Shown here in pieces: positions 55,114 to 64,000 of a stretch of DNA of 64,000 nt. Each line of letters starts with the position of its first letter. The stretch's first letter is position 1. This stretch comes from Chlorokybus atmophyticus. Its lineage: Eukaryota > Plantae > Mesostigma and Chlorokybus algae. A program made the position numbers and the translations under genes. The stretch spans positions 126,417 through 190,416 of the forward strand of contig RHPI01002272.1 in NCBI GenBank assembly GCA_009103225.1, given 5' to 3'. Under the pieces are notes generated by a model that was not told where the DNA came from, did no database searches, and saw only the letters and a list, made by a program, of their open reading frames with translations.

Positions 55114-58100
55114 TGTTGAAGGACTAGCATGCACATGTAGTTGAGGCAAGCATAGATGCACAGAGACAGAGCTACCGCCACCAGAGCATACACAAGTCAC
55201 ATCACATTCATCTATTACAAGTTGTCCGCTGGTTCTTATACCAGCCAGTTACACACACGTCTACGTTTGCAAGCACTGCGTAAGCTATACTCAGCCTTTT
55301 GACGCGCTCTAAGCTGCGTTGTCTTTCTCACAACCAGAGCTTTCCAACAAGCTCTTACACGCCTAATATGAGTAAGTATACGCGGAGATACGAAGCAGTT
55401 AGTAAGGCTCCAGTCTGGAGTCCGGAGTCTGGTCCGACGATGCCATCTTGCTAAGTCCGGACCTAGTGCTCGTCCTTACGACCTTCTACTCCTGTGTGGA
55501 GGGTCGATGCTGATCGTATGTAGGAATACTCTCAACACTCCCACGCGAGCAGCTTGACCTCCAACGCTTGCTCCTGTAGTCAAACACAGATGCCAAGTCC
55601 TGCACAACAAGTCTTGAACTTGAGTGGTGACAATGGCTTTGTCATGAAGTCCGCCAGCATGCCCTCAGTGTTGCAGTACTGGAACTCCACCTCCTTCCTT
55701 GTGACTCTGTCACGCACAAAGTGATGCATGACATCAATGTGCTTCGTCCTTGCCGAGGCGATAGGGTGCTTCAACAACTTGATGGCTCCTTGGTTGTCAC
55801 AGTTGATGACGATGCACGCCATGGGGTGCTCCAAGTCTGCCATGAGCTTGCGAAGCCAGAGTGCCTCCTTCACTGCTGCTGCCGCTGCCATGTACTCAGC
55901 CTCTGATGTAGATGCTGCTGTTGTTGGCTGCAGCCTGCTGTTCCAGCTCACCACGCCTCCGTTCAGCTTGAAGACGTAGCCTGTAGTGGACCTCCTGCTG
56001 TTGAGGTCACCAGCAAAGTCCGAGTCGCAGTAGCCCTCCAACTCAGTGCTCCCGCTCCCAAACTTGATGCCAACTGTTGCGCTCCCAGCAACATAGCGTA
56101 GTACTCCCTTTGCTGCTCTCCAGTGCTCCATGCTCGGTGCAGACATGTAGCGAGCAAGTACTCCCACAGCATGTGCAACATCGGGACGTGTGCACACTGC
56201 CAGATAGAGCATGCTGCCTACCAGCTCACCATATGGATACTGAGCCTTGTCGAGTACCTCCTCATCCTTTGCCTTGATGAGGGCAGTGCCAAGTGCCAAC
56301 GGTGTGGTCTTGGTCTTCGCTTCAGTGAGCCCAAACTTGGTGACGAGTCTTCTCACCATCTGCTCCTGACTGATCTTGATTGTGCGAGCCGCCCTGTCGC
56401 GCTCAATCACCATGCCAAGGAACCACTTGGCCTCTCCAAGATCACGAACTGAGAATGCTTGCTGTAGAGCAAGTTTCGTCTCCTGCAGGTGGTGCACCTG
56501 CCTGGCGGTGATGATGATATCATCAACATACACGAGCAGCCAGACCTTGTTGTCTGCATGGATGAAGAGCCCAGGGTCTGCAGAGGATGCGGTGAAGCCA
56601 AGTGCCTCCAGCTCCTTGGTGAGCTTGATGTGCCACATACGCGGTGCCTGTCGCAGCCCGTACAGTGCCTTGATCAGCTTGCACGCTGTGCCTCTCTCCC
56701 CTTCTTCATATCCAGGTGGTTGCTCGATGAAGATCTCCTCCTCCAGCTCTCCGTAGAGGAAGGCAGTCTTCACATCCAGGTGATGCAGCTCTAGGTCTTC
56801 AGCAGCAACCATAGCTAGCAGTGCACGGAAGGTGGTATGCTTACTTGCAGGTGCAAACACTTCGTTGAAGTCCACACCTTCCTGCTGCAAGAAGCCCTTT
56901 GCCACCAGTCTTGCCTTGTAGCGCTCAATGTTGCCCTGACCATCACGCTTCACCTTGAAGACCCATTTCACTGGAATGGTCTTCACTCCTTGCGGTAACT
57001 GCTCCAGTGACCAAGTGTTGTTGGCATGGAGTGACGCAATCTCCTCGTCCATAGCACGCTGCCATTGCTCCGCATCTGGTGCTAACAATGCCTCCTCGTA
57101 GGTGCTTGGCTCCTCATTCTGCACACTGGCGACGTGTGCCTTGTGTAAGAAGTCAGGTGCCTTTCTCTCCCTCACTGGGTATCTCCGAGCTGCGTGCTCC
57201 TGCTGTTGGTACGGCTCCTCTTGGCCTGCTACAGCTGAGTCCTGCTCACCCTTGTTGTTGATGATGGCCTTGCCTGTAGCCTCCACTATTTCAGGATGCT
57301 CCGGCTGTGCTTCATCTTCAGGAAAGAAGCCTGCTTCTGGTTGTGATAATCCTTCGTGGAAAACCACCTCTCCGCTCACAATGATCTTCTGAGTGTCCTC
57401 GAGCAAGATCCTGTAAGCCTTGGAACCCGGTTCATAGCCAACGAAGATGCCCTTCTTGCTGACCGGCTCCAGCTTGTGCCTGAGCTGTTTAGGCACTAGT
57501 GCATATGCCGTGCATCCAAACACACGCATACCACTCACATCTGGTGTGGCTCCATAGAAGTGCTCCCACGGAGTCTTCTGCTCTGAGCTCACCGGAGACC
57601 TGTTGCGGATGTAGTTGGCAGTGAGTACCGCCTCCTTCCACAAACTGTCTTCCATCTTTGTGTCGTTGAGCATGGCTCGAACACGCTCCAAGAGTGTCCT
57701 GTTGAGGCGTTCAGCTGCTCCATTCTGCTGCGGGGTGTAGGGTGCCGTTGTCTCGTGGCGTATGCCCTTGCTGGCGAAGAACTCCTTCAACTCCTTGTTG
57801 ATGTACTCCCCTCCTCGATCACTCCTCATTGCCTTCATCTTGTTGCCAGACTGGGTCTCCAACAAGGCCACAACTGTGCGCACAGCTCCAGCAACTTCTG
57901 ACTTGAGCGTCAATGGAAAGATGATGGACAGCTTGCTGTAGTCGTCGAGGAATGTAGCAAAGTACCTGGCCCCTCCCTTCGCCACAATGCGCATAGGGCC
58001 ACAGACATCCATGTGCACAAGCTCGCAAGGATGCTGACTGCTAGAAGAGGATGATGGGAATGGCATAGCATGCTGCTTTGCAACCAGGCATGGTTCACAA

Positions 58101-60021
58101 AGTGCACCTGATGCATTCTTGAGTTCTTCTGTGCTGAGATGGATGCCCTTGACCATCTTCTCAGCGACAAGGCGAGTGAGGTTGACGTAGCTGAGATGCC
58201 CGAACCTCCGATGCCACAATGTTGGCGACTCCTTGTCCTTCACCACCATGGCTTGAATGTCTCTGTCTTGAGGCTGCTCCACGTGGTAGAGCCCTCCCGG
58301 ATCAGCGATTCCAACCATGTGCACGACCCCATCAAGGATGACTGAGCAGCCACCCTTCCGAAATAGGATCTCCGCGCCTAAGCGCTCCGCAACCCTCACA
58401 GAGAATAGACTCGCAATAGCCTTAGGAACATGCAGGACGTTGCGTAACAACACCTCGCGTAGTGTGTTACCAACCTTGCACTGGAGTCGTACGTCGCCAA
58501 CTCCCTCAGCCACCAGTACTTCGCCACCGAAGCCCGCCACCTTGATTGTGGACGTCAGCTTCCTGTAGCCCTCCATCACCTCCTTGTTTGGTGTGAGATG
58601 ACGATCGCAGCCAGAGTCCACCACCCAGAAAGCTGTGCCCGCCCTCGAACTGGATGCAGTGAAGGCGACATGTTTCTCCTTGTGTTGGTGCTCGTTGCCG
58701 CTGTTGCTGGTGCTTGCTCTAGGTTGCCCCTGTTGTTTCTTCCTACAGTCCTTCACAATGTGCCCCTTCCAACCACACCAGTGGCATGTGAGGTCTTTGT
58801 GACGAGGATTGCCTGGCTTGTTGCCCTTGTACTTCTCTTCATGGTTGCTCTTCTTTGCGTGCTTGCCGGTGTAGAAGGCGACGGCATCCGCTTGCTCGTC
58901 CTTCTTCACAACCCTCTGCTCCACGGTGAGCAGCTTCGGTAGCACATCGTCCAACGTCAACTCCGATGATGACGTCTCCAGCAGGGTTGCGACGACCTCG
59001 TACTCTGCTGGTAGCCCTGCAACAATGGCCAGCACTACCTCCGTCTCCCCCATGTTGTGGCCGACGTTGATGAGGTCCGCCCACAGCTCTCTCGCGCGCG
59101 CAACATACTTTGTGATGGGTTCTGCTGCCTCCTTCCTGAGTGCGCTGAGCTGCTTGCGTAGATGCAACTTTCTGGCATTGTTCTTGGCTCTGAAAACGGC
59201 TGATAGCTTTTCCCAAGCTTGTCTACCATCTTCACATGCAGTGAGCATGGGAAAGTGATGCGGTTTGCTGTTCAACACAAGCAAAGAGTGTGCTTCTGCT
59301 GAATGCTCTGACCACACAGTGTTCGCTCCTGGTGTTGGTGGTGGTGCCTTCGGATCAACGTACTTCCACACCTTCTTGTGGATGAGCAAGGCCTTCATCT
59401 CCACGCACCATGTGTTGTAGTTGTCGGTGTCCAGCTTTGCAATCTGCCCCTTGTCGTAGGTCGCCTCCATTTCTGTCGAGCCTGCCTTTCTTGCAGTTGA
59501 CACCCAAGGCTCTGCTACCAACAAGCTACCGTAGTGTAGAACTACTATGCACACAAGCTAGTCTCACACTCCTCAAGCGTAGTGTGGGCCCATAACCTAT
59601 TGAAGGACTAGCATGCACATGTAGTTGAGGCAAGCATAGATGCACAGAGACAGAGCTACCGCCACCAGAGCATACACAAGTCACATCACATTCATCTATT
59701 ACAAGTTGTCCGCTGGTTCTTATACCAGCCAGTTACACACACGTCTACGTTTGCAAGCACTGCGTAAGCTATACTCAGCCTTTTGACGCGCTCTAAGCTG
59801 CGTTGTCTTTCTCACAACCAGAGCTTTCCAACAAGCTCTTACACGCCTAATATGAGTAAGTATACGCGGAGATACGAAGCAGTTAGTAAGGCTCCAGTCT
59901 GGAGTCCGGAGTCTGGTCCGACGATGCCATCTTGCTAAGTCCGGACCTAGTGCTCGTCCTTACGACCTTCTACTCCTGTGTGGAGGGTCGATGCTGATCG
60001 TATGTAGGAATACTCTCAACA
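55114..60021 (-). mobile_element. Copia-3, structurally complete and very recent
   Basis: LTRs at 55114-55537 and 59598-60021 (424 bp, one difference seen), TSD ATACT/GTACT (4 of 5 match), PBS at 59597-59585, one uninterrupted ORF. Confidence 0.97.
55580..59470 (-). CDS. gag-pol: Copia-3 Gag-Pol polyprotein (1296 aa from ATG 59470)
   Basis: Zinc knuckle CHWCGWKGHIVKDC, VVDSGC, LWHRRFGHL, HMDVCGP, SDRGGEY, QNGAAER, LDVKTAFLYG, YVDD, YCDSDFAG in Copia order (protease, integrase, RT, RNase H). Confidence 0.97.
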   Translation of the reverse strand: MEATYDKGQIAKLDTDNYNTWCVEMKALLIHKKVWKYVDPKAPPPTPGANTVWSEHSAEAHSLLVLNSKPHHFPMLTACEDGRQAWEKLSAVFRAKNNARKLHLRKQLSALRKEAAEPITKYVARARELWADLINVGHNMGETEVVLAIVAGLPAEYEVVATLLETSSSELTLDDVLPKLLTVEQRVVKKDEQADAVAFYTGKHAKKSNHEEKYKGNKPGNPRHKDLTCHWCGWKGHIVKDCRKKQQGQPRASTSNSGNEHQHKEKHVAFTASSSRAGTAFWVVDSGCDRHLTPNKEVMEGYRKLTSTIKVAGFGGEVLVAEGVGDVRLQCKVGNTLREVLLRNVLHVPKAIASLFSVRVAERLGAEILFRKGGCSVILDGVVHMVGIADPGGLYHVEQPQDRDIQAMVVKDKESPTLWHRRFGHLSYVNLTRLVAEKMVKGIHLSTEELKNASGALCEPCLVAKQHAMPFPSSSSSSQHPCELVHMDVCGPMRIVAKGGARYFATFLDDYSKLSIIFPLTLKSEVAGAVRTVVALLETQSGNKMKAMRSDRGGEYINKELKEFFASKGIRHETTAPYTPQQNGAAERLNRTLLERVRAMLNDTKMEDSLWKEAVLTANYIRNRSPVSSEQKTPWEHFYGATPDVSGMRVFGCTAYALVPKQLRHKLEPVSKKGIFVGYEPGSKAYRILLEDTQKIIVSGEVVFHEGLSQPEAGFFPEDEAQPEHPEIVEATGKAIINNKGEQDSAVAGQEEPYQQQEHAARRYPVRERKAPDFLHKAHVASVQNEEPSTYEEALLAPDAEQWQRAMDEEIASLHANNTWSLEQLPQGVKTIPVKWVFKVKRDGQGNIERYKARLVAKGFLQQEGVDFNEVFAPASKHTTFRALLAMVAAEDLELHHLDVKTAFLYGELEEEIFIEQPPGYEEGERGTACKLIKALYGLRQAPRMWHIKLTKELEALGFTASSADPGLFIHADNKVWLLVYVDDIIITARQVHHLQETKLALQQAFSVRDLGEAKWFLGMVIERDRAARTIKISQEQMVRRLVTKFGLTEAKTKTTPLALGTALIKAKDEEVLDKAQYPYGELVGSMLYLAVCTRPDVAHAVGVLARYMSAPSMEHWRAAKGVLRYVAGSATVGIKFGSGSTELEGYCDSDFAGDLNSRRSTTGYVFKLNGGVVSWNSRLQPTTAASTSEAEYMAAAAAVKEALWLRKLMADLEHPMACIVINCDNQGAIKLLKHPIASARTKHIDVMHHFVRDRVTRKEVEFQYCNTEGMLADFMTKPLSPLKFKTCCAGLGICV

Positions 60022-61799
60022 GTACTCCCGCAGAGCCGCCTGCTTTGACAATCGATATCCAAGGGCCACCCACAGGAGGTGGTCATCCCAAGTGTTCTTC
60101 TCGTACTCCAGCACGTATTTGCGGAGTGCCTTCTTGATGGTCTGTACTGTACGCTCGGCGAGGCCGTCGGCTTGAGGGTGATCACATGAGGTACGGCGGT
60201 GGTCGATGTAACATTTGTCCAAGAGGGTGTCGAATTCCCCTCTGAACTCAGCACCTTGATCAGTGATGACCTCGGCGCAGCTGGCAAATCGGCTGAGAAC
60301 GTGGGAGAGGAAGGCTTGAGACACCCCCCTGCTGCTCTTGTCGGGTAATGGCACCAGCTCCACCCATTTGAAGAAGTGCTCGATCATGACCAAGATGTAA
60401 CGGTTGCCACGTGCTGAGGGTGCCAAGTCCCCCAAGATGTCGAGTCCCCATCGGTAAAAGAGACCGGAGATGGGGAGTGGGTGCAAGGTGGCGCAACGCG
60501 TGTTGAGGCTGGCGCGCACCATGTCACACTGCTGGCAATGGCTGACAAACCTTTGCACCTGTTTTGTTAATCCATACCACCAATATTGTGCCCTCACTAG
60601 GCTGAATGTACGCTTGACACCGAAGTGTCCAAGCTCAGTGTGGAGGGAAGTGATGATGCCCTCGCGCGTGACTGGTGTCGGCACCTCCTTGTCTTCGTCG
60701 TGGAAGCGGCGATACAGCTTGTCACCTGCCCATCGATAGTGACGGGTGCGTTGGTTGACCCGGTCCTGCTCTCGAGCGCTGATGCCAGAGGGAAGCTGGC
60801 CACTTTGAAGAAAGGAGAGTGATGGCTTGTCCTGCCATATGTTCTGCCTGGTGTCAGTGGGCGCCAGCTCTGTGTCATCGACGTCAATGTCGGCTGCGTG
60901 AGCGTCTCCCAAGGGTGTGGTTGCCGCAGGGTCGGTAGACTCAAGGGCAGGAATCTCCTCTACCACTGCTGAGGCCGTGGTGTTGGTCCTGCGCCCTGAG
61001 CGCAACGCGGCAGTAGCAAACATGGCTGCCATGGTGGGGGCTGTTGCTGCAGGGATGAGCTCATGCCGAGCTCCAGTTGCGTCGTTGGTGCTGAGGTGAG
61101 GGTTGCGACTGAGGCCATCGGCGTTTTGGTTGGTGAGGCCAGCGCGGTGGTCAATCTCGAAGTCGTATTACTGCAACAGCAGGGCCCATCGAGCAAGTTT
61201 CCCTGTCAGATGTTGGTTGGTCATCAGCCACTTGAGGGGCTGATGATCGGTGATCAGTTGGAACTGTCGACCAAAGAGGAAAGGTCGGAAGAAGGAGATC
61301 GCCCACACTGCAGCGAGGCACTCCCCTTCGTAGCTGCTTTCGTTGGCCTCGGCGCTGCTGTTGCTTCGGCTGGCGTATGACACCACCCGCTCCTTCTTGT
61401 TCTCATCGTGCTGCACCAGCACCGCTCCCATCCCCAGCTTGCTTCAATCGGTGTGAAGGATGAAAGGCTTGGCGTAGTCCGGACGTTGAAAGACGGGAGC
61501 GCTAGTGAGCCTGCTCTTCAGCTCCTCGAAGGCCTGCTGTTGCGACTCCTTCCACGCGAACTCCACCTCCTTCTTTAGTAGCTCGTGGAGGGGCCTTGCG
61601 ATTTTCGCGAAGTCCTTCACGAACCGGCGATAGTAGTTGGCAAGTCCCAAGAAAGCGCGCAGACGTGTGAGGTCTGTCGGGGCAGGGATAGCTGCCAGAG
61701 CCTCTACTTTTGCCTGCTGCACATACACACCATGGGGCACAATCATGTGCCCTAAGTATGGCACCTTGTGGGTGAAGAAGGTACACTTGTCGGGGTGTA
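60022..61799 (-). pseudogene. pol: Gypsy-2 pol (RT end, RNase H, integrase) with two nonsense codons
   Basis: HPDKCTFFTHKVPYLGH, LRAFLGLANYYRRFV, FILHTD*S, YEGECLAAVWAI, ITDHQPL, LLLQ*YDFEIDHRAG..NADGLSR, LGHFG...CQQC, WGLDILG, TDQGAEF, HPQADGLAER, all in one frame. Confidence 0.93.
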
Positions 61800-62120
61800 C
61801 ACACGGAATTTCTTCCGCGGACCAGCCCTGGTCCTCACGTACGGACCAGGGCCAAATTGCCCGGGCGGCTTGGGGTCCGGACCAGGGTCCCCCGCCTTGG
61901 TCTGCACGCGGGGACCGAGGCAGGTCCAAACAGTACGTAATTGTCCCACGGTCCCCCCGAAAACCGGGCCAGGGCTGGTCCCGGTCAGAAAATGTTGGAA
62001 GTCGGACCGGTTATGGTCATGTGTAAGGACCATCAATTGTCCGAGTCTTGATACAAAGTCGTAGCAGCCATGGCTGGTGCGCATCTATAGATACTAGTCG
62101 GCGAACCAGGTCTGGTCCGG
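61800..62120. mobile_element. Terminus of another CACAC-ended element with GGACCA/TGGTCC subterminal repeats, inserted into Gypsy-2 RT
   Basis: RT homology stops at 61799; CACACGG-N12-GGACCA-N4-TGGTCC is the same layout as at 13917. Confidence 0.6.
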
Positions 62121-62510
62121 TTTACAAATGTTGTTATGCATTTGAATTATATGGCCGGTTGCAACCGAACCAGCTTTACCGGCTGCGGCTGAGATTGCTG
62201 TAAATTAACTGTGCTCTGGCGGCTAACCGCGGTCAGCCGCAGCTGCGATTGAGCCGCAGCTGACCGCCATTCGGCCGCCGCTGCTGGTGGCCTGGCGGGC
62301 GGCCTGGTGCTCCATACCAAGAGCACCAGGCCACGCCACTGGCCTGGTTATGCTGGCCTGGTGGCGGCCAGCATGCTCAGGCCAACGGCGTCACCAGGCC
62401 ACAAACCATAGCCATGGCTGTCGCTGCCAACTACCACCAGGCCACAGACACGTGCATGTCAGCCAGACCAGCTGTTCATGACGGCCTAGTGCCTCGCAAG
62501 CCAACAAGGC

Positions 62511-62533
62511 NCCCCCCCCCCCCCCCCCCCCCC
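62511..62533. repeat. Poly-C run with an ambiguous base
   Basis: n followed by 22 Cs. Confidence 0.9.
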
Positions 62534-63644
62534 TTCGGGCCCGAAGCATGCAATGAGCTCACAGCCATGCCGCATGGTAGTGCCATCCATGCAGTGCAAG
62601 AAGCATATGAATGCAACAGCCACAACCAACGGCATGCAGTAAGAAGCATGATAGTGGTAGTTCAACAGTCAACAACTTGAGCTGTAATGACGTTTACAAC
62701 AAGTATGATATGATAGCAAGCCCTTGCAGTGCAAATACTACATACACAACTACCTCAGTGTAGCGGCTAAGCGCAAACAAGTTTAAACCTGCTGCTCCAA
62801 TACATTGCCCACTGCAGTCCCTCCTCCCATTGAGTGATGCGACATGTTGGCTGATGTGCGCCGCTGCCTGCACATAAGTGCCACGTTTGTGGTGCATCCA
62901 TGCGTGTGCATGAGTGTGGCTTTGGTGTGTGGGCAACCGTAATCACTACAAATGATGCGCATGCGTGTGTGCGAGTTGCTGTTCTTGGACATGCAGGGCA
63001 CATCAAACTTTGTGCGTGACGGCAGGTTTACCTGAACATGTGCACGTGCGTGCACACACAAGCAATGCTCAGAGTCTCTCAATGCATACATGCACGCACA
63101 CTCATGCGCATGCGCACACACGCACCAACGTACGTTAAGGTGGTGAATGGCGCAGCTGGGGCGAGAGAGGTATTGCTTACGAACAAAGCAAAGCCGTGCA
63201 CTATCAACTCGTATTCCTTCTTTCTTCAATAGCAGATTGCTGCTTGCTAGCTTCGGGGGCAGTCCACACACCTGCGCGTGCGCACATAAGTGCACGCACG
63301 TGTGCAATTGTCAGCTGTTGATGACTGCGTGTGCATGCAACAAACTGAATGCACTTGCCGACATATGCATGCATGCAAGCCTGCCTATGCAGCTGGCGCT
63401 TCCTCACATCGCCTGTGACTTCTAGACTCTACTGACTGTGTTTGCTTATAGACCGCACTGACCAGTGTGGCCTATGAGCCAGTCTCATACTGGATAGTGC
63501 AGCCTCATACTCTGTGTAGCATGCAGCCCAATTTGGTTTGCCTATGAGGCTGGCTCATAGGCCTGTGTGTGCACGTTCNTATAGGCCTGTGTGTGCGCGT
63601 TCATGAGTGCGTGATAACGAGCACTTGCATGCTGGCGCATGCCT

Positions 63645-63720
63645 GTGTGGACAGTGCGGTCTACAAGCCCCAGTGAGTGTGTGTNAGACAGTGCGGTCTA
63701 CAAGCCCCAGTGAGTGTGTG
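63645..63720. repeat. Short tandem duplication within CA/TG-rich low-complexity sequence
   Basis: gacagtgcggtctacaagccccagtgagtgtgt occurs twice. Confidence 0.8.
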
Positions 63721-64000
63721 TACCATTACGCATGAGCAATGCCTCACAACACACACACGCAATCAGCGTACCTTGCAGTGGTGGAGAGCACAAGCGGTTC
63801 CGGGGACGTAGTGCTTGCATACGCAGCGACGTCCACTACACTCTTCTCTTGTCAGCAGCGGGCTGCTAGCTTGGGTTGCAGTTTGCATACCTGCACGTGT
63901 GCGTGCACGTGCGTGCAGGCATGTGCATGAGTCCACATGCGCATGTGTGCGTGCTTGTGTGTGTGCACGTGTGCGCATCTCTTGATTAAGGAAGAGGGGG

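Larger units (their letters stand above)
54416..61799 (-). mobile_element. Gypsy-2, degenerate Ty3/Gypsy with a PHD finger after the integrase; split by Copia-3 and truncated in RT
   Basis: RT end, RNase H and integrase at 61799-60022 continue at 55113-54467; purine tract at 54429-54421 then TGTTGAC at 54416 (candidate 3' LTR start; its far end is not defined). Confidence 0.85.

Noticed and set aside
61800-61929. N-terminal 43 codons of ORF 61444-61929
   Set aside because: Chance read-through from the inserted terminus; RT homology begins only at HPDKC.

Overview
Eukaryotic, transposon-dense DNA. Spliceosomal GT-AG introns, Osser-type Copia elements, a chromovirus and an NLR suggest a green alga or similar plant-lineage genome (inference). 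(1) 4.6-10.5 kb, minus strand: an NLR locus whose exons splice in frame into TIR-TIR-NB-TPR-TIR-NB-ARC-LRR, apparently fusing a TNP-type and a TNL-type receptor; all lesions found lie in the 3' part. (2) 13.9-19.0 kb: a decayed CACTA/EnSpm-type element. (3) 19.0-53.3 kb: a nested stack. Copia-1 holds a chromodomain Gypsy (TSD TTGTG) and an inverted Copia-2 (TSD CTGCT). Copia-2 holds a solo LTR (TSD CCAGG) and a 17,847-bp CACCG-ended CACTA-like DNA transposon (30948-48794; 25-bp TIRs, TSD GAC). That transposon carries a transposase spliceable to an NSD-type PHD/C5HCH reader and a Ulp1/SENP protease, an intronless compact C5 DNA methyltransferase, an OTU protease joined to a gag-like domain, and a TnpA-like ORF2. 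(4) 54.4-61.8 kb: a degenerate PHD-bearing Gypsy split by a near-intact, very recent Copia-3 and cut by another CACAC-ended terminus. The cargo transposon and the fused NLR are the strongest candidates for undescribed systems. No database searches were possible; domain calls rest on motifs read by eye and difference counts are hand counts.
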